Origin: Desulfotalea psychrophila LSv54
GTDB taxonomy: Bacteria; Desulfobacterota; Desulfobulbia; Desulfobulbales; Desulfocapsaceae
Reading direction: 5' to 3'
Length of the DNA stretch: 32,000 nucleotides
Assembly: GCF_000025945.1 (NCBI RefSeq)
Contig: NC_006138.1
Coordinates: 1,500,001-1,532,000, forward strand
The notes under the pieces were generated by a model. That model did not search any database. It was given only the letters and a program-made list of their open reading frames with translations, and was not told the origin of the DNA. Each line of letters opens with the position of its first letter. Position 1 is the first letter of the stretch. Of this stretch, positions 9,218-17,954 are shown one piece after another. A program made the translations under genes and the position numbers.

Positions 9218-10003
9218 ATGAAAAACAAGATTTGTCAAACGATCTGGCTGATTTTAATTTTGCTATTAACGTACATGCCTTGTATCGCATGGAGCGAATC
9301 GGAACCGCTGACAGTCTATTCCGGAGCGGGCTTGATGAAGCCAATGGATGAACTCAAAGCCGATTTTGAAGCACGCTATAAAATTCCGGTGCGGATTATC
9401 TACGGCGGTTCCGGCGAACTGTTCGGTATGATCGCCATTCGTAAAGCAGGTGATGTTTTTATCCCGGGAGCTGAAAAATACATTAAGGACGCTATCAATA
9501 AAGGAATGGCTCGGGCCAAGGGACAACGTTCGGTCTGTTATCATGTGCCGATTATTATGGTACCGGCCGGCAATCCGGGGAACGTTCAATCCCTGCAGGA
9601 CCTGGTCCGTCCCGGCGTACGTGTAGCCCTTGCTGACGCCAAGGCGGCTGCCATTGGCAAAGTGGCGAATAGTATTTTGAAAAAGAACTTCCTGACGGAG
9701 CAAGTTGCTAAAAACGTGGTGGTAAGGCCTAGCACTACCAATCAATTGTTGATCTATATTGCGACCCATCAGGTGGATGCTTGCATCGCCTGGGGAGATC
9801 AGGCTACCTGGGGTGAGGCTAAAGGCAAGGTCGAGGTTGTGCATATTCCGCCAGCTCAGAATACCGTCAAAACTATTCCAGCAGCAATAGTGACTTATTC
9901 CAAACAGGCAGATAAGGCACAGCTGTTCATCGATTACATCGCTTCACCTGAAGGCAAGGTGCTGTGGCAGAAATGGGGGTTCCCCATCGATAAGGCGGAA
10001 TAA
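9218..10003 (+). CDS. ABC transporter substrate-binding protein, molybdate/tungstate (ModA/WtpA-like) family
   Basis: 261 aa with signal peptide. LTVYSGAGLMKPMDELKADFEARYKIPVRIIYGGSGELFGMI...GDVFIPGAEKYI; followed immediately by permease and ATPase genes. Confidence 0.8.
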   Translation: MKNKICQTIWLILILLLTYMPCIAWSESEPLTVYSGAGLMKPMDELKADFEARYKIPVRIIYGGSGELFGMIAIRKAGDVFIPGAEKYIKDAINKGMARAKGQRSVCYHVPIIMVPAGNPGNVQSLQDLVRPGVRVALADAKAAAIGKVANSILKKNFLTEQVAKNVVVRPSTTNQLLIYIATHQVDACIAWGDQATWGEAKGKVEVVHIPPAQNTVKTIPAAIVTYSKQADKAQLFIDYIASPEGKVLWQKWGFPIDKAE

Positions 10004-10007
10004 CGAC

Positions 10008-10793
10008 ATGGGTAATCGCATTTTTAAGGCCATCCTGGCAGGTGTCACTGTGGTATTTGTCGGAATGCTGTTGTGGGCGATGCTATCGCTCATTTTTATG
10101 CCAAGCTGGGCCGAGGTGGTCGAAAGTGCCCTATCCGAAGAGATGCTTTACAGCATTTGGCTTTCTCTGACCACTAGTGCTATTTCTGTAGCGGTGGTCA
10201 TGTTTCTGGCGGTCAGCATCGGCTATGTATTGGCACGTTTCCGTTTCCCCGGCCACCAGTTGTTAAGAACAGTGGTCGATCTGCCGATGGCCTTTCCTGA
10301 ACTGGTTCTGGGTCTTTGCCTACTGCTGCTGTTTGGGCAAGAGCCACTGGCCGGGTGGTTAAAACAGATAGGAATAGATATCGTATTCAGTAAAAACGGC
10401 ATCGTCATTGCCCAGATATTCACTGCCGCTCCTTACGCCACCCGTGTGGTTTATGCAGCTTTTTGCAGCATCAATCCCCGTTATGAAATGGTAGCTCGCA
10501 GTCTTGGTTGCGGGCAATGGACGGCATTTTGGAAGGTGACTTTGCCCATGGCCAAAGGTGGGCTGTTCGCCGGCGCAGTGATTGCTTTTTCCCGGTGTAT
10601 GGGGTGTTTCGGGACGGTGCTCATCTTGGCCGGCGGCACCCGTATGTTCACGGAAACCTTGCCTATTACCCTGTATCTCAATATTTCCTATGGCAACCTC
10701 GGCATGGCTATGACCTCCGGTATAATACTGATTTTGATTTCTCTGGGCGCAATCGTTACTTTCGAGGTACTCACTCACGAGGTAGTTTTATGA
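10008..10793 (+). CDS. ABC transporter permease, molybdate/tungstate (ModB/WtpB-like) type
   Basis: 261 aa. TM helices; YEMVARSLGCGQWTAFWKVTLPMAKGGLFAGAVIAFSR...TRMFTETLPITLYLNISYGNLGMA; ends in an ATGA-type overlap with the ATPase. Confidence 0.85.
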   Translation: MGNRIFKAILAGVTVVFVGMLLWAMLSLIFMPSWAEVVESALSEEMLYSIWLSLTTSAISVAVVMFLAVSIGYVLARFRFPGHQLLRTVVDLPMAFPELVLGLCLLLLFGQEPLAGWLKQIGIDIVFSKNGIVIAQIFTAAPYATRVVYAAFCSINPRYEMVARSLGCGQWTAFWKVTLPMAKGGLFAGAVIAFSRCMGCFGTVLILAGGTRMFTETLPITLYLNISYGNLGMAMTSGIILILISLGAIVTFEVLTHEVVL

Positions 10794-11878
10794 CTGCACT
10801 GCTAGAAGTTCAAAACCTTCATGTTGATTTGGGCGAATTCAGCCTCCGGGGTGCGGACTTGGCCGTGGAGGAAGGTGCTTATTGCTGCCTGATCGGTGAC
10901 TCAGGGTCCGGCAAAAGTGTGCTGCTTGAAACGGTAGTTGGCGGTTTTCACCCTCAACGTGGAAAGGTTATGCTACGTGGTCAGGATGTGACTAACTGGC
11001 CCCCTGAACGGCGCAATCTAGGCATCGTATATCAGGATTTCATGCTTTTTCCCCACTTGAATGTGTTCGAAAACATTGTTTTCGGATTGCGTCGCCGAAA
11101 ATTCTCTCGTTCTGGGATGGAAGAAGAGGTCCGTACCATTGCGGCCCGAGTCGGTATCGAAAATCTGTTGTATCGCGATATTAAAACCCTGTCCGGCGGA
11201 GAACAACAGCGTACCTCCTTGGCTAGGGCACTTATTGTTCGCCCGCAAGTACTGTTGCTCGACGAAGCTTTCAGTGCATTGGATGTAGCTAGTCGGGAGC
11301 GCATGCGGTATCTACTGCGGGAACTGGTTAAGGACCTGCATGTCACCGTCCTGAATGTTACCCACGATATGGAGGATGTTTGGACTCTTGCTGACCAAGT
11401 GGCGGTCTTACATGACGGGCAAATTCTGCAAACCGGCAAGCCGGAAGATGTTTTTAGCTGTCCCCAACCAGGATTTGTCGCCGAATTTCTCGGTGCTCGT
11501 AATATATTGCAAGGCACTGTTTTGACTTGTGATAAATCAGGTCTAACGCATATTTCCGTCGGACAGAACGGTCTTTACAGCACCGATCCTGCATCGATCG
11601 ATGATCGGGTGCAGCTTTCCGTCCGCCCCGAAGAACTGGCCGTCGCTCGGAAACAGTTGCCGATTACTCTGCGCAATCAAATACCGGTAAGGATAGAAAG
11701 TCTGGAACGTCGAGGGCCCTTGGTCTTGATAATCGGAAAAGCTGCCGGATTTTCTCTCGAAGCCGCCGTAACGGTTGCTGGCGCTCAGGAACAGAATCTG
11801 AATATTGGCGATAACGTGGTATTTGCCTTTTCTGCAAATAGTTTGCGTATAATCTCTCGAGAGACGAAACATATTTGA
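10790..11878 (+). CDS. ABC transporter ATP-binding protein (ModC/WtpC-like); true start is probably 10790, not the 10508 read-through ORF start
   Basis: MTALLEVQNLHVDLGEFSLRGADLAVEEGAYCCLIGDSGSGKSVLLE (Walker A), KTLSGGEQQRTSLARAL (signature), VLLLDEAFSALD (Walker B), plus a C-terminal accessory domain. Confidence 0.9.
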   Translation: MTALLEVQNLHVDLGEFSLRGADLAVEEGAYCCLIGDSGSGKSVLLETVVGGFHPQRGKVMLRGQDVTNWPPERRNLGIVYQDFMLFPHLNVFENIVFGLRRRKFSRSGMEEEVRTIAARVGIENLLYRDIKTLSGGEQQRTSLARALIVRPQVLLLDEAFSALDVASRERMRYLLRELVKDLHVTVLNVTHDMEDVWTLADQVAVLHDGQILQTGKPEDVFSCPQPGFVAEFLGARNILQGTVLTCDKSGLTHISVGQNGLYSTDPASIDDRVQLSVRPEELAVARKQLPITLRNQIPVRIESLERRGPLVLIIGKAAGFSLEAAVTVAGAQEQNLNIGDNVVFAFSANSLRIISRETKHI

Positions 11879-12352
11879 TGTTTTCAGAAGACAGAAACTA
11901 GTGGCTGGCTAAGAAAAAGTGCCAAATACAATGCGCATAAATATCGTCCGATAAGGAGTTATTATGTATGTCGAAGAGCGATCAACGTGTAGCACATAAA
12001 TCAAGGGGCCCCCAGTAAAAGGCTCCTGGATGATGTTGACATACACAAATATATCGAAGATACAAGCTGCTGGGTATTATCCGTATGCTAGTGCAACGTC
12101 AAAAATGCTAACTGGTGTTTGTTTAGGCGCTGGGAGGCTATTTTTGTTTTCTTTTTTGGATGAATTGTGATTTGAAATAAAAAATATTTTAAGTCATTGG
12201 ATTTGTATAAGCTCTGTTAAGAGGGGTAATATGATAATAGAGGGATTTTTTTAATAAAGGCGTATGATTGCAGAATTAAGCTTGGCCTTTTATGAAAATG
12301 TTTTATCTAAGGTCGGCCCAGACTGCACGCTGAATAAGGAAATGGGGGAAAC

Positions 12353-12824
12353 ATGGCAAAATGGATAGGTGTTCTGGGAATACTGGTAGGTGCTATTGGT
12401 GTGTTTTTTGGGTTTTATTATTTGGCAGATGATCCTGCCCGTTCCCTGGAAATTGTCACTATTACAACGGTGGGTATTGTTGGTGTAGTTGGCCTTTGTT
12501 CGTCATGTCTTTCTCTATAAATCCGATGCGAAGAGGCTTGATTGGGAGGTGGAGAAGCCCGATTGGATGTTTGAGGTGGGGTTCTCAAATCTTGCCTTTG
12601 GTTTCATGGTCTTTTTGGTGGTGCTGCTGCAGTGGGGGATGGAGGCACAGGCCCTGGTGGTTTTAGGCTATGCCCTTTATCTGTTTCAGGCGGCCCTTCT
12701 CCATGGTTATCGGTATTTTACCGATGAGGTGAAATCACCAGTCAGGTTATGGCGTAGTTCTATTGCCACCTTGCTCTATGCGGGGCTCATGGCCTTTTTT
12801 GCCATCTATGCCCTTTTAGCCTAG
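12353..12824 (+). pseudogene. Small multi-TM membrane protein, apparently split by a 1-nt insertion near 12489-12490
   Basis: Frame 1 (from 12353) reads MAKWIGVLGILVGAIGVFFGFYYLADDPARSLEIVTITTVGIVGVVGLCSSCLSL*. Removing one T in GTAGTTGGCC joins it to AFVRHVFLYKSDAKRLDWEVEKPDWMFEVGFSNLAFGFMVFLVVLLQWGMEAQALVV... with stop at 12824 (about 156 aa). Confidence 0.65.
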
Positions 12825-12830
12825 TGCAGG

Positions 12831-12867
12831 CTGGTCATCGGCCCCATTTTTTTGGCTAGATGACCAG
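12831..12867 (+). terminator. Candidate terminator hairpin after the small membrane protein gene
   Basis: CTGGTCATC-GGCC...GGCT-A-GATGACCAG followed by a short TTTATT tail. Confidence 0.4.
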
Positions 12868-13298
12868 TTTATTGGGCAATGCCTGCCTTTGTATTCTCTT
12901 CATACATATTTCGCTTAGTGGAGCTATCCGTAGTAGGAATATGATAAGTAAGATGGACTTGCTTAGGAGAAGAAGGTTGTAGGCTGTGCCGGTAATATTG
13001 GAGTTTGTGCTGAGCCCATTCATAATATCAGGTATAAGAACAGTGTGGAACTCAGGGTGAGTCACTAAAGCTTGTATCTGTCTTCAACAGACCAAGGCCT
13101 TATCTTCCTTGCCCGAGGTCTTATCTTAGAGCTGGCTATCGCCATCTTCTTATTCCACTCCCTTTTTATGTGTAAGCAAAATCGACCTTGTCTCGCCGGG
13201 ATATATGCTATATGGGGGGAGATCAAGGGGGAAGGCTCCCACTGGGAGGGGCACTGGCGATGCTTTGGTATCGCAACGAGGAAAATTGCAGAGGAGAA

Positions 13299-14225
13299 AT
13301 GATGTCATTTAATTTGGAAGACTGTCTGGTCATAGGGATATCCTCCCGTGCCCTTTTTGATCTGGAGGAGGAGAATGCTCTCTTTGAGGAGGAGGGGATC
13401 GATGCCTATAGGGCTTACCAACGTCAGCATGAGGATCTTGTCCTAGGACGTGGTACTGCCTATTATATGATAGAGGAGTTGTTGAAAATCAATGACTTGG
13501 TAGATGACCGAAGGCTCGTTGAAGTTGTTGTTATGTCAAAGAACAGCCCGGATACGGGCTTGAGGGTTTTTGCCTCTATTGATCACTATGGTCTTGATAT
13601 CAGTCGGGCAGCCTTTGCAGGGGGAGAGGATTTGCATGAGTATCTGGACGCCTTTAGTGTTGATCTCTTTCTTTCTAAATCAGAAGAGGATGTGCAGGGG
13701 GCGGTTGATCATGGGGTGGCATCGGCAATTCTCTATGAACCGCCGGATGGTTATGCCCCCGTTGCCGGTCAGATACGGATTGCCTTTGATGGTGATGCGG
13801 TGCTTTTTTCCGAAGAATCGGAAAAGGTCTATAAGGAGCAGGGTTTAGAGGCCTTTGTTGAGCATGAAAATCTCAACCGTGATAATCCGCTTCCCGATGG
13901 TCCATTTGCTAAGCTACTCTGTATACTTGCCTACCTGCAGCAGACATTACCGAGGGAGGACAACCCCTTTCGTCTGGCTCTGGTTACAGCAAGGAAAAGT
14001 CCGTCCCACGTCCGGGTTGTGAATACCCTGCGGGACTGGGGGGTTAATTTGGATGAGGCCTTCTTTCTTGGTGGGATGACCAAGAGCAAGGTTCTCCAGT
14101 CTTTTCGAGCCCATATCTTTTTTGATGATCAGGATGTGCATGTGGGCCCGGCCTCCCGGGTGGTTCCTTCGGCTCGCGTACCCTACAAGACGGGTTCTTC
14201 TTTAAAGAGCCTCCCGGAGGGATGA
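13299..14225 (+). CDS. 5'-nucleotidase family protein; ORF open from 13188, likely start 13299 or 13302
   Basis: MMSFNLEDCLVIGISSRALFDLEEENALFEEEGIDAYRAYQ...PFRLALVTARKSPSHVRVVNTLRDWGVNLDEAFFLGG...FFDDQDVHV. GAGGAG RBS before the ATG. Confidence 0.8.
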   Translation: MMSFNLEDCLVIGISSRALFDLEEENALFEEEGIDAYRAYQRQHEDLVLGRGTAYYMIEELLKINDLVDDRRLVEVVVMSKNSPDTGLRVFASIDHYGLDISRAAFAGGEDLHEYLDAFSVDLFLSKSEEDVQGAVDHGVASAILYEPPDGYAPVAGQIRIAFDGDAVLFSEESEKVYKEQGLEAFVEHENLNRDNPLPDGPFAKLLCILAYLQQTLPREDNPFRLALVTARKSPSHVRVVNTLRDWGVNLDEAFFLGGMTKSKVLQSFRAHIFFDDQDVHVGPASRVVPSARVPYKTGSSLKSLPEG

Positions 14226-14360
14226 TCTTCTTTATGAGGTAATCTTTTTTTTAACTCCTTGTACAGAAAATGTTTTTTGAAAGGAAGTTCTGTCAGGGGG
14301 TATATAGCGTAGGCAGTTTAACCCTAAAGTGTGTCTATTAATTTACCCGTGGGAGGAGTT

Positions 14361-14927
14361 ATGAAGAGGAAAAAATATGCAGTTGCCGCTGTTCTTCTGG
14401 CAAGTTTTTTTATGGTAAGCCCATCCTTTGCAGGTCACGATGGCAACAAGAGTTTGATTCGTTATAATATGCTTCTGGCGCAGACCCAGAAAACTCTGAG
14501 TCAGGTGGTAGAGGAGCAGGCAAAAAAGACAGCAGCGACTGTTATAGAGGCAGAGCTGGAGATGAAGTCTCTGGGCTTATCTGAGCAAAAACAGCCTGTT
14601 TACAAGATTGTTACATATAAGAAGGGTGGTAGAGTAAAGTACTATATTGATTCGGTAACGGGTAAGGTGCTCCTCTCTAAGAAAAAGGGGAATTGGAATC
14701 CTCTGGATGATGATATGTTAGAGGCCGAGGCGATGAGTAAGGCAAAGATCTCCATGGGGCGTGCCATTACTCTTGCTGAGAAAAAATTCTCGGGTAAGGC
14801 CATAGAGGCAGAAATTGATGAGGATGATGATGTCCTCTACTATAAGGTAAAGCTTGTCCCCAAGAGTGGGGTAATTAAGGCCCTGGTCGATCCTAAAGTA
14901 GGCACCCCCTATGAGGTAGTTCGCTAA
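14361..14927 (+). CDS. Secreted/periplasmic protein with PepSY-like repeats; likely start 14361
   Basis: Signal peptide MKRKKYAVAAVLLASFFMVSPSFAG; VYKIVTYKKGGRVKYYIDSVTGKVL and ITLAEKKFSGKAIEAEIDEDDDVLYYKVKLVPKSGVIKALVDPKVG. Strong GGGAGGAG RBS. Confidence 0.75.
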   Translation: MKRKKYAVAAVLLASFFMVSPSFAGHDGNKSLIRYNMLLAQTQKTLSQVVEEQAKKTAATVIEAELEMKSLGLSEQKQPVYKIVTYKKGGRVKYYIDSVTGKVLLSKKKGNWNPLDDDMLEAEAMSKAKISMGRAITLAEKKFSGKAIEAEIDEDDDVLYYKVKLVPKSGVIKALVDPKVGTPYEVVR

Positions 14928-15012
14928 AGCATGGTTGAAAAATAGTTTCTGCTTTTCCCTGGCAGGAGGATGCCTTTTTTAGGAATCCTCCTCTTCCCCC
15001 CTCCCTCTCTCT

Positions 15013-15840
15013 CTATAGTCTAACTCGGTTGATGGCTCTGTTCTTTCGTTGAACGGTGCGGGCGTATTTGAGCTTTGTCTTGCCAAAGAGCATGATGTAT
15101 ACCGATTTATGGTTTTCGGGGACGCCAATTTTTCTGCCGAGCTCTGGTAGGATGTCAAACAGGGTGTATTTTGCCAGGCCGCACCACAGGGTGCCGATAT
15201 TTTTTGTTGCCGCGCAGAGTTCAAAATAACTGAGGGCGATAAAGGGGTCGGCCTCGGGGCAGGGGGCGTCTTCCGGGGAAGAGATAATGAGCATATGTGG
15301 TGCTCCCCGAAAGATGGTATCGATGCCGTTCTCCCAGGCCTCGGCAATTTGGGCAAAGTATTGAAATTTTTCTGGAAGATTACCAGAGGCAATAGTTGCC
15401 TTTAGCCCTGCCATTGCCTCCTGACGTATCTTGTCCATGACCTCCATATCGTCGACGAGAGTGAACATCTGGCTACGGGAATTTACCCCCGTTGGCGCAT
15501 GGGCCGTCATTTCAAGGAGCCAGTCAACGGTTTCTTTTTCGACGTTTTTTTTCTGATAATGCCGGGAGGATCGTCTGCCGCGGACAAGGGCCTCCATCTG
15601 TTCAGGGCTGGGGAGCATTCCCTTAAGGGGGAGGCAATCTGTCTGGGGATTGATATCAAGAATAGAGATGGCAGCCGTAGGGCAGATGGCAAGGCAGTGC
15701 TCGCACTGATAGCAACTCTCCTCATTGTAGGGGAACACTCGTGGAAAGTCAGCCTGTATCTCTATGATGGAGGCCGGGCAGTCCATGGCACATGCTCCGC
15801 ATTTATTGCATCGTTCCTGGTCAAGACAAAAATTGATCAT
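15013..15840 (-). CDS. Nitroreductase family protein with N-terminal 2[4Fe-4S] ferredoxin domain
   Basis: CNKCGACAMDCPASII and CYQCEHCLAICPTAAI, then LVRGRRSSRHYQKKNVEKETVDWLLEMTAHAPTGVNSR. Confidence 0.92.
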   Translation of the reverse strand: MINFCLDQERCNKCGACAMDCPASIIEIQADFPRVFPYNEESCYQCEHCLAICPTAAISILDINPQTDCLPLKGMLPSPEQMEALVRGRRSSRHYQKKNVEKETVDWLLEMTAHAPTGVNSRSQMFTLVDDMEVMDKIRQEAMAGLKATIASGNLPEKFQYFAQIAEAWENGIDTIFRGAPHMLIISSPEDAPCPEADPFIALSYFELCAATKNIGTLWCGLAKYTLFDILPELGRKIGVPENHKSVYIMLFGKTKLKYARTVQRKNRAINRVRL

Positions 15841-15962
15841 ATTTTTCTCCCTGATTCTTAAGTGTTGTTCTGTGTTAATTTTAGAGAAACTCTATTTATG
15901 AGTGATTGTAGCAAGTTTCTTCTTTTAAGATCAAGGGGGGCTTTGCTGTTTTGGTAGCGAAA

Positions 15963-15994
15963 GCGCCTCTTTTCGTGCTGACAGAAAGAGGCGC
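15963..15994 (-). terminator. Probable terminator downstream of the TRAP operon
   Basis: GCGCCTCTTT / AAAGAGGCGC 10-bp perfect stem. On the minus strand it is followed by a short U-rich TTTCG. Confidence 0.6.
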
Positions 15995-16014
15995 CTTCGC
16001 TGTTTGCTCTGGCC

Positions 16015-17316
16015 TTAGCTACCCATCATATTTGGTAGCAGGGTTACCACCTCTGGTACGACAGTGATAATAGCAAGTGCTGTGAGCAGGAGCAAGAAGA
16101 AGGGCAGGGCGGCATGGGCTACTCGTAGGATATTAATTCCCGTAAGGCCCTGAATAACAAAGAGATTAAAACCAACAGGCGGGGTGATTTGTGACATCTC
16201 GACTACGATGACAACGAAGATACCAAACCATAGTGGGTCGATTCCTGCCGCCTGAACCATGGGCATGATAACGGAGGTGGTGAGCACCACTACGGAAATT
16301 CCATCAAGAAAACAGCCTAGGACAACAAAGAAGATTGTCAGAGCTCCCAGTAGCGCATAGGGGGAGAGGTCCATGGTGCCGATCCAGGTGGCCAGTGATT
16401 TTGGAATGCCGGTAAAGCCCATGGCAACTGTTAAAAAGGCAGCACCTGCCAGAATAAAGGCGATCATGCACGAGGTGCGGGTTGCCCCGAGTAAACCCTC
16501 TATAAAGGTCTCTTTGCAGAGAGAACCAGTGGCCCTGGAGAGAAGGAGGGCAAGGACAACGCCTACAGCCGCCGCATCTGTCGGAGAGGCGATGCCGGTG
16601 TAGATGGAGCCGAGGACGCCACCTATCAGCAGGATAACAGGTATCAGTCTCTTGGTGCCGCGCACCTTTTCCATAAAGGAGAGATTGTTCTCTTCCATCG
16701 GAATTTGCTCTTTATTGAGTAGTGACCAGATGATGACATAGCCAACAAAGAGAGTGACTAACAGGACTCCGGGCAAAAGGCCGGCGATAAAGAGTCGGGC
16801 AATGGATTGTTCGGTGGCAACACCGTAGACGATAAGGATGATCGATGGCGGAATGAGTAGTCCCAGGGTTGCAGAACCGGCCAGAGTCCCGAGGATCATC
16901 TTCTCCGGATAACCTCGTTGGGTAAGCTCAGGGATGGACATCTTGCCGATGGTGGCTGCCGTTGCCGCAGATGATCCGGAGACTGCGGCAAAAATACCGC
17001 AACCGAAGATGTTGACGTGTAATAGGCGTCCTGGCAGGTGTGTCAGCCAGGGTGCTAAACCCTCAAACATATTTTCCGATAGCTTTGAACGAAAGAGAAT
17101 TTCTCCCATCCAGATAAAGAGGGGGAGGGCCGCAAGCGCCCAGCTATTGCTCGCTCCCCAAACCGTGGTGGCCAGTACATTGCCAACGGGGGCATCGGTA
17201 AAGACCATCATTCCAATTATGCCTACCCCCAATAGGGAGAAGGCCACCCAGATACCGCTACCTAGCAGAAGGAAGAGCAGGCCGAGTAGGCAAAGTGGGA
17301 TTGTTATTTCTGACAT
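16015..17316 (-). CDS. dctM: TRAP transporter large permease subunit (DctM type)
   Basis: 433 aa, multi-TM. MSEITIPLCLLGLLFLLLGSGIWVAF...VSGSSAATAATIGKMSIPELTQRGYPEKMILGTLAGSATLGLLIPPSIILIVYGVATEQSI; GCFLDGISVVVLTTSVIMP. Confidence 0.95.
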   Translation of the reverse strand: MSEITIPLCLLGLLFLLLGSGIWVAFSLLGVGIIGMMVFTDAPVGNVLATTVWGASNSWALAALPLFIWMGEILFRSKLSENMFEGLAPWLTHLPGRLLHVNIFGCGIFAAVSGSSAATAATIGKMSIPELTQRGYPEKMILGTLAGSATLGLLIPPSIILIVYGVATEQSIARLFIAGLLPGVLLVTLFVGYVIIWSLLNKEQIPMEENNLSFMEKVRGTKRLIPVILLIGGVLGSIYTGIASPTDAAAVGVVLALLLSRATGSLCKETFIEGLLGATRTSCMIAFILAGAAFLTVAMGFTGIPKSLATWIGTMDLSPYALLGALTIFFVVLGCFLDGISVVVLTTSVIMPMVQAAGIDPLWFGIFVVIVVEMSQITPPVGFNLFVIQGLTGINILRVAHAALPFFLLLLTALAIITVVPEVVTLLPNMMGS

Positions 17317-17334
17317 GGGAACTCCTAGGGGCTT

Positions 17335-17895
17335 CTACTCGTTTATTGATTGAGCGAATTCTTCAAGATTTTTATTATAGCTTACGGGCTTGCCACAGAT
17401 ATGACAGAGGAGGTCATCGCTCAGGGAGATGGTGAGTAGAGCGAGGCCAATGAGCATGCTGGCCTGTGGAATCCAGATGGGAATCGCAATCATGCCCGAG
17501 GAGAGGTCATGATAGATATAACTTTCGTAAACGAGATTAGCCGTATAGTAGGTGAAATATGCCGAGGTTGCGCTTGCAAAGAGGAGACACCAACCTTCAA
17601 GGATTTCTTGCATCCAGTGGGGAAGATTAGAGCGGATAAGTGTTACCCGAATATGATGTCCCGAACGCATGGTGTAGGTTAGGGCCAAAAATGAAGCCGC
17701 CGCTAGGAAAAAGCCCGTAAAGTCAGAATAGGATGGAATGGTGAGTCCTATTGCTGTGCCCGTTATAAGGGTGCTGAGGCGATCAACAACGTTGAAGACT
17801 ACCTGGCAGACAACGAGTAGGCAAATGGCCGACAGGAAGAGAGCGGCAAGCCACCCAGCTCCTTTGTATAGTGAATCGAGTGTATTACGTATCAT
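17335..17895 (-). CDS. dctQ: TRAP transporter small permease subunit (DctQ type)
   Basis: 186 aa, 4 TM. LALTYTMRSGHHIRVTLIRSNLPHWMQEILEG; immediately upstream of dctM. Confidence 0.88.
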   Translation of the reverse strand: MIRNTLDSLYKGAGWLAALFLSAICLLVVCQVVFNVVDRLSTLITGTAIGLTIPSYSDFTGFFLAAASFLALTYTMRSGHHIRVTLIRSNLPHWMQEILEGWCLLFASATSAYFTYYTANLVYESYIYHDLSSGMIAIPIWIPQASMLIGLALLTISLSDDLLCHICGKPVSYNKNLEEFAQSINE

Positions 17896-17910
17896 TTTTT
17901 TTCAATATAA

Positions 17911-17940
17911 CACATTGGCGTGGTGTTTGACGCCAATGTG
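17911..17940 (-). other. Intercistronic stem-loop between the TRAP SBP gene and dctQ
   Basis: CACATTGGCG-TGGTGTTTGA-CGCCAATGTG, perfect 10-bp stem with no U-tract. Confidence 0.7.
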
Positions 17941-17954
17941 TACTGTCTGATGGT

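Noticed and set aside
10508-10789. N-terminal extension of the ATPase ORF (MRAMDGILEGDFAHGQRWAV...)
   Set aside because: It lies out of frame inside the permease gene. The ATPase homology starts at the ATG at 10790, in an ATGA-type overlap with the permease stop.
13072-13302. 76-aa ORF before the 5'-nucleotidase (contains GLILELAIAIFLFHSLFMC)
   Set aside because: The hydrophobic stretch is suggestive, but the ORF uses an alternative start, lacks an RBS and overlaps the next gene's start. Not enough support.
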